DNA of 63,740 nucleotides, counting the filler. It is 8 parts of 8 records of this genome, joined end to end, with 100 filler letters (N's around TTAATTAATTAA, not from the genome) between each part and the next. Parts side by side here need not be neighbours in the genome. Positions count along the whole stretch, not along the records: positions 26,601 to 38,225 come from SRR31147125_38211; positions 38,326 to 43,936 come from SRR31147125_38238; 6 more parts are not named here. The stretch is one strand, 5' to 3'. The position numbers and the translations under genes were made by a program. The notes under the pieces are model-generated. The model did not search any database and was not told where the DNA came from. It was given only the letters and a program-made list of their open reading frames with translations. Each line of letters opens with the position of its first letter. Positions within the stretch are counted from its first letter, which is position 1. This document shows positions 31,230-41,080 of this stretch, piece by piece.

Positions 31230-32729
31230 TTAAACACTTTCTCCACATGCGACCCACAGCATGCGTTCATCCATATCCTGATCTCTACCTTCGGCAAATT
31301 CCTTGCGAAACTGTTTTACAATACCAAAAAATTCCTTATCCGGAATTGCATCACCTTCGACGATGTATGGCAGGTTAAAAACATCAAGACTTTTATGAGC
31401 TTCTTCTGGAATACCGATTCCAAGAATATCCGAATCCAAATAAACAGCACTGTTTCTTGCAAGTTGAAATCTCTGGATTATTACATCATTGATATACCCT
31501 CGCCATTCATGTAGCCAGTCAAGAGTTTCTATAAAGTAATCAACAGAGAAAGTAGGAAGATCCAGCACAAACAAGTTCACGCCTATTCCTGCATGATTGC
31601 AAGCTATTAGCATATTTTCTGCCTGTTTTATTGTAATACCCTTTTTTACGGCGCGTAAAACGACACTCGAAGCAGACTCAAGCCCGGCAAACAAATATCT
31701 GCAACCTGCTTTGTGTATCAACTCACAGAAAACTTTTGTGTATTCTTTTTCAACTCGACAAAGAGCCGACCACTGGACATTTAAACCCCGATCAAGAATT
31801 TCTATGGATATTGCTTCCATCATTGCCGGACGAGTCGCATGTTCAGCAAAAAAGAAAGAATTAATTCCATGTCGTTTTGATAATTCCTCCATGAAATCAA
31901 CTACTTGTATCGGATCTCTTTCATGTATTTTGCTTTGTTTGACAGAGTGCCTACAAAACGTGCATTTGTCCCAATAGCATCCATAACTAGTTGCAATCGG
32001 CAACATATTTGAAGGATATATACTGACATCAAGGTCTTCAAAATCAGGTATTGGAATAGATCTTATCGGAACACGAGTTCCAACTTTGTTTATCTGTATT
32101 TCATTATCACTATCTCGCCATATCAATGATGGTACATTTTTTAAATCAGTGCCTATCAATGTAGGTTTATTCTCACAGTTCTGTACCAATTTCAGTAATG
32201 GTTTCTCTCCTGCAAAAGGTACTGCTCCATCTATATATTTGATATTGTTAAGGATTTCCGGCAGCATAGTTTCGGCAGCAGTTATCCAGGCACCTCCAAC
32301 CACGACAAAAACATTCGGATCAATCTCTTTAATAATCTTTGCAAGGATTATTGCAGGATAAAATTGCTTTAGGTCAAAAATAGAAATACCAACTATTTTG
32401 GCCGGATTTTTCTTGAACTTCTCGATGAAACTTAATTTATAAAAGGTGTTGTAGATTTGACTTGGCTTTTCTATGTAATTCTTTAATGCTTCGAGACTTT
32501 TGGATCTTTCTTCAATAGCTAATAAAGTTTTTATAAAAGCCGCTTCATTCGATTTCAAAACTTTTGGAAAAAAGTATTGATTGAAAACGACATTTAGATC
32601 CATCTGCCTTGCAGAAAATCCGTTTTTCTTAATATATCCAACCAGTTGAGGCACACCAAGCTCCGGCATCATGATCTCATCATTTGCAGGAGGCATTACC
32701 AACAAAATGGAATTTGTCTCTTTTTCCAC
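31230..32729 (-). CDS. B12-binding-domain radical SAM protein
   Basis: N-terminal LLVMPP...PELGVPQLVGY...VVVGGAW cobalamin-binding domain; SYGCYWDKCTFC CxxxCxxC; AGC...GLESAS..VL..VKKG. Confidence 0.92.
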   Translation of the reverse strand: MEKETNSILLVMPPANDEIMMPELGVPQLVGYIKKNGFSARQMDLNVVFNQYFFPKVLKSNEAAFIKTLLAIEERSKSLEALKNYIEKPSQIYNTFYKLSFIEKFKKNPAKIVGISIFDLKQFYPAIILAKIIKEIDPNVFVVVGGAWITAAETMLPEILNNIKYIDGAVPFAGEKPLLKLVQNCENKPTLIGTDLKNVPSLIWRDSDNEIQINKVGTRVPIRSIPIPDFEDLDVSIYPSNMLPIATSYGCYWDKCTFCRHSVKQSKIHERDPIQVVDFMEELSKRHGINSFFFAEHATRPAMMEAISIEILDRGLNVQWSALCRVEKEYTKVFCELIHKAGCRYLFAGLESASSVVLRAVKKGITIKQAENMLIACNHAGIGVNLFVLDLPTFSVDYFIETLDWLHEWRGYINDVIIQRFQLARNSAVYLDSDILGIGIPEEAHKSLDVFNLPYIVEGDAIPDKEFFGIVKQFRKEFAEGRDQDMDERMLWVACGESV

Positions 32730-32932
32730 TACGAACTCACTTATTTTTTATTAAACTCTATTTAAGTTTCGAGATTGTAGGATGAATTTATAAAGTTTGC
32801 AATGATTTATTACGCAAAAGTAAACCCGTTTTTTCCCATAGGTTTAGTGCCAAAAATTGACGTTTCTAATGCGCTGTGTTATTTTCTTTTCTTTTGAGAT
32901 GATTTCACAATTAGATTCTTTTGGAGGGAAAC

Positions 32933-35533
32933 ATGCCTGAATCAACTAACAGGCCATTTGTAGTTATGAAATTTGGTGGAACCAGCGTTTCCTCGCTGAC
33001 AACATGGGAGAACATTGCCGGCTTGCTGAAAAAGCGAATCGCCGAAGGCTATAAACCGATTATGGTCGCATCAGCCCTTTCCGGCATTTCTAACACGCTT
33101 GAAGATTTGATAAAGAGCGTTTCCACAGGTAAACATGAAGAAATCATCAAACAAATAAAACAGAAGCATATCAAACTAGCCAACGACCTTGGTGTTGATG
33201 GCGAAGAATTATTGAAGGGCTTTTTTACAAGTCTCGAAAGATTGTCTTTAGGTGCATCATTAATTCAGGAAGTAAGCCCAAAACTGCATGCACAGATTAT
33301 GGCGCATGGTGAACTCATGTCCACGACTCTCGGTGCTGCGTATCTTAATAAAAATGATGTTTCCTGCTCATGGGTTGACGCAAGAACCGTTCTTTGTGCA
33401 AGCAATCCAGAAACCGAAGGACAACGCAAGCACTTCATGTCTTCAGCCTGCAATTGCGATCCGGATGATACAACCACAAGCATGCTAAAAGCCAAAGACA
33501 CATCAGTAATACTGACTCAGGGATTTATCGCTAACGACGATCAGGGTGCGACTGTCCTGCTCGGTCGTGGTGGATCTGATACATCAGCTTCATACATCGC
33601 TGCCAAAATAAGTGCAGAAAGATGCGAAATCTGGACTGATGTTCCCGGAATATACACAGCGAATCCCAAACAAATACCTGCCGCAAGACTGCTTAAAAGT
33701 TTGTCATATGACGAGGCTCAGGAAATCACATCGACAGGAGCCAAGGTTCTTCATCCCAGATGCATTCAGCCCGTCATGATGCATGACATTCCGCTGCACG
33801 TTTATTGCACTGATGATCCTGACACAGAAGGCAGCGTCATTTCAAATAACGCTCCGGAAACTATCGCTCAGGTAAAAGCAATTTCAACTAAAACCAACGT
33901 AATGCTGATTTCGATGGAAACTATCAGCATGTGGCAGGAAGTCGGCTTTTTGGCGAAAGTCTTCAACTGCTTCAAAAAGCATGGATTATCTGTCGATCAG
34001 GTTTCGACATCGCAAACAAATGTTTCAGTTACACTCGATGCAGCCGCAAACGTTCTTGCCAAGGAAACGATGGACGCTCTTATGGCAGATTTGAACGAAT
34101 TCTGTAGTGCCGAATCCATCGACGATTGTGCCTTGGTTTCACTTGTCGGCAGAAACATTCGATCCATTCTGCATAAGCTTGGCCCGGCACTGGAAGTTTT
34201 CGGCGAGCAGAAAATCCATCTGGTCACACAAGCTGCGAATGATTTAAACCTTGCTTTTGTCGTCGCCGAAGAAAACGCAGACAGACTTGTCAGAGAATTA
34301 CACGGACTATTGTTCAAGCATCGCAAAGAAGATGACTTGTTCGGCCTGACATGGGAAGAAGTGTTCGTCAAAGAGAAAGAACAGAGAGTAATCGGCAAAA
34401 GCGCATGGTGGAGAGCCAAGCGAGAACAATTGCTGGCCTATATGGACAAAACTCCGGCATTTGTATATGACGAAGAAACACTCCTCGAACAAGTCAGTGA
34501 ACTCAATACACTTAAATCAGTAAACCGATTTTTCTATGCAATGAAGGCGAACAATAATCCTCAAATCCTGAAAATGTTTTACGACTCAGGATTGGGCTTT
34601 GAATGCGTAAGTCCCGGTGAAGTTTCTCATATTTTCGATCTTTTCCCGGAAATCTCACCAGACAGGATTATTTACACACCAAACTTCGCACCGAAATCGG
34701 AATACGAATTCGGTTTTGAAAAAGGCGTTTTTGTAACTCTCGATAATTTGTTCCCGCTTGAAAAATGGCCGGAACTCTTTGCAGGCAAAGAAGTCTTTTT
34801 ACGTCTGGATACAGGTAAAGGCGCGGGACACCACAAATATGTCCATACCGCCGGAGCGCATTCCAAGTTTGGCATTTACCCGGAACAAATGGATTACCTG
34901 CAAGAATTGCTTGAAAAATGCGGAGCCAAAGTAATCGGTCTTCATTCTCATATCGGAAGCGGAATTCTGGCCGCCGGAAAGTGGAAACAAGCAGCAACCT
35001 TCCTTTGTGAAAACTCGGAAAAATTCAAGGATGTCAAATACATCGACCTTGGTGGAGGCTTGGGAATTCCGGAAAAGCCGGGACAAAACAAGCTTGACCT
35101 TGAAGCCGTGGACAAAAATCTGGCAGAAATCAAAAGAGCTTATGCCGATGTAGAGCTATGGATGGAACCGGGACGTTTTCTTGTCGCTACCGCCGGAGTA
35201 TTGCTCGCGCAAGTTACACAAACCAAACAAAAAGGACCGTTCAACTACATTGGTGTAAACAGTGGAATGCATACTCTGATCCGTCCGGCTCTATATGGAG
35301 CGTATCATGAAATCGTCAACATCACGCATTTGGATGAAGATCGCGATATCGAAGCCAATGTCGTCGGTCAAATCTGTGAAACAGGTGACACTCTCGGTTA
35401 TGACAGAAAGCTACCCAAAACAAGCGAAGGCGACTTGATGCTTATCGCAACGGCTGGGGCATACGGTCGTGCTATGAGTTCTTCATACAACATGCGACCA
35501 CCGGCAACAGAATACATACTCAAAAAAGGCTAA
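32933..35533 (+). CDS. Bifunctional aspartate kinase / diaminopimelate decarboxylase (LysC-LysA fusion)
   Basis: MKFGGTSV, LGRGGSDTSA and WTDVPG plus ACT region; then FYAMKANNN, HSKFG, DLGGG, EPGRFLV, GQICETGD and GAYG. Confidence 0.95.
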   Translation: MPESTNRPFVVMKFGGTSVSSLTTWENIAGLLKKRIAEGYKPIMVASALSGISNTLEDLIKSVSTGKHEEIIKQIKQKHIKLANDLGVDGEELLKGFFTSLERLSLGASLIQEVSPKLHAQIMAHGELMSTTLGAAYLNKNDVSCSWVDARTVLCASNPETEGQRKHFMSSACNCDPDDTTTSMLKAKDTSVILTQGFIANDDQGATVLLGRGGSDTSASYIAAKISAERCEIWTDVPGIYTANPKQIPAARLLKSLSYDEAQEITSTGAKVLHPRCIQPVMMHDIPLHVYCTDDPDTEGSVISNNAPETIAQVKAISTKTNVMLISMETISMWQEVGFLAKVFNCFKKHGLSVDQVSTSQTNVSVTLDAAANVLAKETMDALMADLNEFCSAESIDDCALVSLVGRNIRSILHKLGPALEVFGEQKIHLVTQAANDLNLAFVVAEENADRLVRELHGLLFKHRKEDDLFGLTWEEVFVKEKEQRVIGKSAWWRAKREQLLAYMDKTPAFVYDEETLLEQVSELNTLKSVNRFFYAMKANNNPQILKMFYDSGLGFECVSPGEVSHIFDLFPEISPDRIIYTPNFAPKSEYEFGFEKGVFVTLDNLFPLEKWPELFAGKEVFLRLDTGKGAGHHKYVHTAGAHSKFGIYPEQMDYLQELLEKCGAKVIGLHSHIGSGILAAGKWKQAATFLCENSEKFKDVKYIDLGGGLGIPEKPGQNKLDLEAVDKNLAEIKRAYADVELWMEPGRFLVATAGVLLAQVTQTKQKGPFNYIGVNSGMHTLIRPALYGAYHEIVNITHLDEDRDIEANVVGQICETGDTLGYDRKLPKTSEGDLMLIATAGAYGRAMSSSYNMRPPATEYILKKG

Positions 35534-35551
35534 ACGAAACAACATAAAACG

Positions 35552-35587
35552 AAAGAGGCTGCGTCGATCAGATACAGCCTCTTTTTT
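35552..35587. terminator. Bidirectional terminator between convergent genes
   Basis: aaagaggctg...cagcctctttttt. Confidence 0.8.
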
Positions 35588-35600
35588 GTTTATGTACAAT

Positions 35601-36572
35601 CTATGACTTCAATGCATTCATCCTTGAACTAACTTCCTCAAATTCGCCCATAATTTCCTGAACGATATCTTTTGCAGGCATTACCTTTTTCATGAGTCCA
35701 ACAGATTGCGAACAAGAGATAGTTCCTGCATTCACATCACCGGTTTTAAACATCTTTCTTGCAGCTTCGCCTGAAACATATGGAATTATGTCATCAAGTC
35801 CACCACCCTTTTTCTCGATTTCAATCGTCTTTTTGGTAGGCTCGTTCAACCAGCATCTATGAGCAAAACCGATGCTACGCATAATGATATCAGTATCAAG
35901 TTCGGTTGCATCGACCATTGCCTGTTTTAAGTTATCATGAATCGGGCATTCTTCCGAAAGCATGAACCTTGAACCGACAATACCGGCTTCCGCTCCAAGT
36001 GACAAAATGGAATAAAGTCCACGACCATCGGCAATACCACCACCACCGATAACAGGAACATCGATAGCGTCAACAGTCGATGGCACCAAAACGAGAGTTG
36101 TCACGTTGAGATTGCCTGTTGCTCCTCCGTTTTCGTATCCAACCACGGTGACTGCATCGGCTCCCATTGCTGCAACCTTTTTAGCGTATCTGACTCCTAC
36201 ACATTTATGAATCCATGTCATTCCGTATTCTTTAAACAGCGCAACCAGATCGGCAGGCGCACCAAAACCGGAAGTTTCTACAATATTTACACCTTCGCTT
36301 GATAACACTTCCAGAAAAGCTTTATTGTCTGGAGGAGCCAGCATCGGGAAAAGATTGATATTTACAGCGAACGGTTTATCGGTCAAATCCTTGGTTTTTT
36401 TGATTTCATCACGAAGTTTATCTGTTTCCTTGAAAATAGCCGAAGCGATAATGCCCAAAGCACCCGCATTGGAAATGGCAGAGACAAATGGAGCCAAAGA
36501 CAGATCCATCATTGTTCCGCCAATAATCGGATATTCGATTCCCAAAAGTTCGGTAATTTTGGTTTTAATCAT
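35601..36572 (-). CDS. Nitronate monooxygenase / FabK-like flavin oxidoreductase
   Basis: TELLGIEYPII, SNAGALG, TDKPFAVN, WIHKC and GGGIADGRG. Confidence 0.88.
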   Translation of the reverse strand: MIKTKITELLGIEYPIIGGTMMDLSLAPFVSAISNAGALGIIASAIFKETDKLRDEIKKTKDLTDKPFAVNINLFPMLAPPDNKAFLEVLSSEGVNIVETSGFGAPADLVALFKEYGMTWIHKCVGVRYAKKVAAMGADAVTVVGYENGGATGNLNVTTLVLVPSTVDAIDVPVIGGGGIADGRGLYSILSLGAEAGIVGSRFMLSEECPIHDNLKQAMVDATELDTDIIMRSIGFAHRCWLNEPTKKTIEIEKKGGGLDDIIPYVSGEAARKMFKTGDVNAGTISCSQSVGLMKKVMPAKDIVQEIMGEFEEVSSRMNALKS

Positions 36573-36815
36573 TTATTACTCCCTGAAATTTATAAAACAC
36601 AAAAATTGATTCACAAATCAATAACAAATTAACACACCCTAACTCCCGTAGCAAACACATAATCAGGAAAATGAGACAGGTAGCAAGAATTAAATTCTCT
36701 CACTTTTTATCATGTCTCATCGATTTATGTATTTTGCTTTATTGATCTGACTATGCGTCTGACTATATTATTATTGAACACCTTGGATGCTTTTTGAAAA
36801 GAAAAAGAAGTCAAT

Positions 36816-38225
36816 TCACGGACCACCACGTACACAACGCACGGTAAGCTTTGTTGTTTTTTTCTCCACCGCGACTCGGCCATAATACACATTCAAAACC
36901 CAGGACCGCCCTCTGTAACTAAAGTCGCATGGGTCGGTTACGTTTGAATGAGATGTGGATGACCAGTACTCTCCGCCCAGTTCATTGTCGGGCATTGCGG
37001 TGGCCGGCATATTCAGTGTTGTATCAACCATACTTCCCAACTCGTGGATATTTGGCAATCGCCAATCAGTGAACGTTGCATAGTCCAGTTCTTCACAATA
37101 CGCCAATGCCTGCTGCCATGTTTTTCCAGTCTCACGAGTGCCTTTCCAGATAAGATCCGTAATTTTATCTTTGATCGTAGTTTGTCCGTTGGTTTCTTCG
37201 GTAACGAAACGAGTCCCTGCTAAAGCCTCTTTGACTCGTGGCAACAAAATTGGCTCACCCCTTACACAACGGGCATAACGGTAACCGGTACTGGTATCGG
37301 GAGCGTTATTAGCAGAACCGCCCCCTTTCACGTACCAGTGGGAGTTGGCGGTCTGAATGTGAGGTGAAGCGGACCAGAAGAAACTATTCGGGTCCATTGT
37401 TGGAAACACGGTAAGATCGGCTCCGGATTTCGTCCAGTTGTCGTAATTGTACATTTCATGCGTCATGATGCTATGTAGCTCAAACCGCTTGGGTAAACGC
37501 CAATCGCTATAATTGGCATAATCGGTAAGATTTTCGCAGTAATCATTTGCCGTTTGCCAGTTTATTTCGGAGATGAACGTTCGTTGCCACATCAAGCCTG
37601 TTAAACTGTCTGTCACCACCTCATCAGTACTTACGGTTGGCAAATTCTCACATGGGGTTTCAACTCCACTCGAATTATAGCAGGTCAATGTCTGAAGGTT
37701 GGTCGGATATTGCGCGGCCTGACCACAGCCGGGAATCGCAGGATTATCACCGCAATTAGCAGGAATACCACCAGGACATTCTATTTCATCATAAGGCTCA
37801 GCCCACGTATAGCATTTATCTTTTTGGGTAGGTGGAACAGGCCAGCAGATAATATGACCGCATACGCTCGTATCGACTTCTCCATCAAATTCTAATTCCT
37901 GCTCAGCTTCCACATCAGGCTCAAGTTCAACTTCAGGTTCAGGTTCGAGATCGACTTCGGGCTCAAGTTCAGGCTCAAGTTCGGCTTCAGTGTCCTGTTC
38001 AATTTCTTTATCTATTTCTATATATATTTCGGTTTCCGTGGTTTCCTCTGTGTCACTGTCTATATCGCCATCAATTGGGTTGTCTAAATCTACTTCTGCA
38101 ACACAATCACATTCCAATTCCTGCTCTGCTTCGACCTCAGGTTCCAATTCAAGTTCGACTTCAGGTTCAATTTCGGTTTCAGTGTCCTGTTCACTTTCTT
38201 TATCTGCTTCAAGATCCAATTCGGT
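36816..38225 (-). CDS. Protein with an acidic repeat stalk and two DUF1566 (C-type-lectin-like) domains; 5' truncated
   Basis: DSLTGLMWQ...A.DYCENL..ANYSDWRLP...EL and DKITDLIW...YCEELDYATFTDWRLPNIHEL...YWSST...VRCVR. Confidence 0.87.
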   Translation of the reverse strand, partial: TELDLEADKESEQDTETEIEPEVELELEPEVEAEQELECDCVAEVDLDNPIDGDIDSDTEETTETEIYIEIDKEIEQDTEAELEPELEPEVDLEPEPEVELEPDVEAEQELEFDGEVDTSVCGHIICWPVPPTQKDKCYTWAEPYDEIECPGGIPANCGDNPAIPGCGQAAQYPTNLQTLTCYNSSGVETPCENLPTVSTDEVVTDSLTGLMWQRTFISEINWQTANDYCENLTDYANYSDWRLPKRFELHSIMTHEMYNYDNWTKSGADLTVFPTMDPNSFFWSASPHIQTANSHWYVKGGGSANNAPDTSTGYRYARCVRGEPILLPRVKEALAGTRFVTEETNGQTTIKDKITDLIWKGTRETGKTWQQALAYCEELDYATFTDWRLPNIHELGSMVDTTLNMPATAMPDNELGGEYWSSTSHSNVTDPCDFSYRGRSWVLNVYYGRVAVEKKTTKLTVRCVRGGP

Positions 38226-38325
38226 NNNNNNNNNNNNNNNNNNNNNNNNNNNNNNNNNNNNNNNNNNNNTTAATTAATTAANNNNNNNNNNNNNNNNNNN
38301 NNNNNNNNNNNNNNNNNNNNNNNNN
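38226..38325. other. Artificial contig spacer
   Basis: N run with TTAATTAATTAA. Confidence 0.98.
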
Positions 38326-38326
38326 A

Positions 38327-40219
38327 AAAATCAGACTAAAAAACTTTAAAGGGATCGATCAATTCGAGGTCTTCCCGAACGGAGAGGATATCACGCTTCA
38401 TGGTGATAATGCATCCGGAAAGACTACCATTGCCGATGCCTTTTTCTGGGGAATATGGGGTAAGGACAGTGCCGGAAAAGCCAATTTTCAGCTGAAGCCT
38501 CTGGGTGATACTGGAGAAGAGATCCATAACCTCGATACCGAGGTCGAGCTGGGTCTCACCCTGGATGGCCAACCCTTGGTGCTCATGAAACGGTTTAAAG
38601 AAGATTGGATAAGAAAAAGAGGAAGTACCAGGAAGGAATTCACCGGTCACACCACCGATTATTTCATCGATGGCGTTCCGTCTAAAAAGAAGGAATACGA
38701 CGATAAAATCAAGAGCATCATTGATGATGCCATCTTCCGACTACTCGCCAATCCATTGGAGTTTAATTTGATCAAATGGCAGGATCGTCGAGCCATTCTC
38801 ATGCAGATCTGCGGGGATGTCGATGACTCAGATGTCGTTGAGGCAGATGCCGCCCTGGCACCCCTTCAAAGTATTCTCAATGGTTGCCCCATTGATGATC
38901 ACAAGAAAAAGGTCCAGGCCAAAAAGCGAGATATCAATAAAGAGTTGGAGCAGATCCCGGCCAGAATCGATGAGTTGAAATCGGCTATTCAGGCCATTGA
39001 ACAACCAGATTTGAAAGAGAAAGCCAGGCTCAAGAAAACCCTTGATGAATGTACGGCTGAACTGAAATCTCTAACCGACAATACAGCCATCTCTGAGAAG
39101 GAAGTCCGGATCAATGAGATTGAATCCGAGATTCTGAAGACCCGAAATGCTGCACCGGATGTCATCGCTCTGAGAAAGCCGATTCTTGATGATATTGCCA
39201 GCTTTGAATCCAAGTGTCGGGAAAAAGTCGCACAGATCGAAACCCTCGAACACGACATCGACAAAGAACAGAAACGCCTTCTTATCAATAATGATGCTGT
39301 CGAGAAGATACGGAAGCGGTGGTACACGGAAAATGAGAAGGCTTTCACCCATTCCGGTACCTGCCCCACCTGCGGTCAGGACATCCCGGAAGATCAGATG
39401 AAAGAGACGGAAGAACGGTTTAATGCCAAAAAGGCTGAGGAATTGGCAAAAATCACTGCAGAAGGAAAAGAACAGGCCAACGCAGCCGCAACCAGAGCCA
39501 AGACTATTAAGGACGAGACAGCCCAAGTTAAGGCTTTGTCAGCTGAGATTGAAAAACTCGACAAGGCTATCAACGCCAAAAAGGATGAGGTGGAAGCGAT
39601 AGTTCCCCAGGTGGACCAGGATACCATCGATTCATTGACCAAGCAGAAGAATGTGCTCCGGATGGAGATTGATGCTCTTAAAAACGGATCGAGCGTCAAG
39701 AGTCAAGACCTGGAAAAGAAGATCGAAGCAATTGAGACCGATCTGGAAATCATTGCCGGTCAGGAAGCGGAAGTCAAAGCCGGGGAAAAGTCCCAAAAGA
39801 GAATTGAAGAGCTGGAAGACAGAGAAAAAGCCCTTGCAAAAGAGTTTGAGAGCCTCGAGCAAGAACTCTTTCTCATCGAGAAGTTTGTCGTTACCAAGGT
39901 AAACCTGCTTGAAGGAAAAATCAATTCTAAATTCAAGATGGCTCGTTTTAAACTCTTCTCAGAACTGTTGAATGGGGGACTCTCTGAATGCTGCGAGACG
40001 CTGTGTGGGGGAGTCCCGTACAACCATGGGCTCAACACCGGTGCCCGGATCAATACCGGCATCGACATCATCAATACCCTGTCGGACCATTACGGCTTTC
40101 AATGTCCGATTTTCGTGGACAACTCAGAGTCCATCACCAACATCATTGACACTGACTCTCAACTCATCCGGCTGGTGGTGGATCCCAATCATAAAAAACT
40201 GACTCAATTGGAGATATAA
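38327..40219 (+). CDS. Phage SbcC/Rad50-like coiled-coil ATPase; 5' truncated
   Basis: Frame open from the contig edge: LKNFKGI...GDNASGKTT (Walker A), zinc hook CPTCG, LNTGA signature and IFVDNSE (Walker B). Confidence 0.9.
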   Translation, partial: KIRLKNFKGIDQFEVFPNGEDITLHGDNASGKTTIADAFFWGIWGKDSAGKANFQLKPLGDTGEEIHNLDTEVELGLTLDGQPLVLMKRFKEDWIRKRGSTRKEFTGHTTDYFIDGVPSKKKEYDDKIKSIIDDAIFRLLANPLEFNLIKWQDRRAILMQICGDVDDSDVVEADAALAPLQSILNGCPIDDHKKKVQAKKRDINKELEQIPARIDELKSAIQAIEQPDLKEKARLKKTLDECTAELKSLTDNTAISEKEVRINEIESEILKTRNAAPDVIALRKPILDDIASFESKCREKVAQIETLEHDIDKEQKRLLINNDAVEKIRKRWYTENEKAFTHSGTCPTCGQDIPEDQMKETEERFNAKKAEELAKITAEGKEQANAAATRAKTIKDETAQVKALSAEIEKLDKAINAKKDEVEAIVPQVDQDTIDSLTKQKNVLRMEIDALKNGSSVKSQDLEKKIEAIETDLEIIAGQEAEVKAGEKSQKRIEELEDREKALAKEFESLEQELFLIEKFVVTKVNLLEGKINSKFKMARFKLFSELLNGGLSECCETLCGGVPYNHGLNTGARINTGIDIINTLSDHYGFQCPIFVDNSESITNIIDTDSQLIRLVVDPNHKKLTQLEI

Positions 40220-40222
40220 CCC

Positions 40223-41080
40223 ATGGCAAATAACAACCTACCCGCAATCAGAAAGACAATCACCGCTGACAGCATGCAGGCCATGATCCGTCAGCGTATC
40301 GGAGAAAAGGCCGGAGCATTCACCACCAGTGTTTTGGATCTTATTGGAGACAACAACTACCTGCAAAAATGCGATCCCAATCTTGTCATCAAAGAAGCTA
40401 TCAAGGCTCCAGCCTTGGATCTTCCGGTAAACAACAATCTCGGGTTTGCCTACATCATTCCTTACGGAAACAAGCCGCAGTTCCAGATTGGCTACAAAGG
40501 CTTCGTGCAATTGGCTATTCGTACCGGCCAGTATAAGCACCTGAACGCTGACGCTGTTTATGAAGGCGAGGTTTTTGAGATTGACAAAATCAAAGGAACC
40601 ATGAAGATCACCGGCCAAAAGACCAGTGAAAAGGTCGTGGGATACTTTGCTTATATGGAGCTGATCAACGGCTTTGAAAAGGCTATCTTCTGGACAAAAG
40701 AGCAGGTCACCACGCATGGAAAGAAGTTCTCCAAGACCTTCAACAACGGCCCATGGAAATCAGATTTTGATGCCATGGCAAAAAAGACCGTCTTGAAAAG
40801 CCTCATCTCCAAATACGGCCCCCTCTCCATTGAAATGACCACTGCTTTGAGCTCGGATACTGCCGACTTTAAAAATCATGATGGCCATGTTCAAGACGAC
40901 ATTGACCAGAACGCAAATCAGGATGTCATAGACATCACGCCGGACACGTCCCAGGCAAACCCCACCCCACCACCACCGGGGGCAGAGGGTGAAGCGCCCA
41001 TGACCGAAGAGGAAAAAGCGGAGATCATGGAACAGGAAGCGGTCAAATCAGCACCTGCAGTCAACACACCGCCATTCTGA
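40223..41080 (+). CDS. recT: RecT-family single-strand annealing recombinase
   Basis: LGFAYIIPY, QFQIGYKGFVQLAIRTGQY and PWKSDFDAMAKKTVLK. Confidence 0.92.
   Translation: MANNNLPAIRKTITADSMQAMIRQRIGEKAGAFTTSVLDLIGDNNYLQKCDPNLVIKEAIKAPALDLPVNNNLGFAYIIPYGNKPQFQIGYKGFVQLAIRTGQYKHLNADAVYEGEVFEIDKIKGTMKITGQKTSEKVVGYFAYMELINGFEKAIFWTKEQVTTHGKKFSKTFNNGPWKSDFDAMAKKTVLKSLISKYGPLSIEMTTALSSDTADFKNHDGHVQDDIDQNANQDVIDITPDTSQANPTPPPPGAEGEAPMTEEEKAEIMEQEAVKSAPAVNTPPF

Noticed and set aside
31141-32932. RiPP precursor peptide beside the radical SAM gene
   Set aside because: The flanking intergenic gaps are short and AT-rich, with no convincing small ORF.
32933-35533. LysC-LysA fusion as a novelty
   Set aside because: This bifunctional enzyme is an already described family.
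36573-36970. Diversity-generating retroelement at the DUF1566 gene
   Set aside because: No template repeat in the adjacent intergenic DNA and no reverse transcriptase in the window.
37870-38225. CRISPR-like repeat array
   Set aside because: The repeats are in-frame coding degeneracy (EPEVEL) without constant repeat/unique spacer structure.
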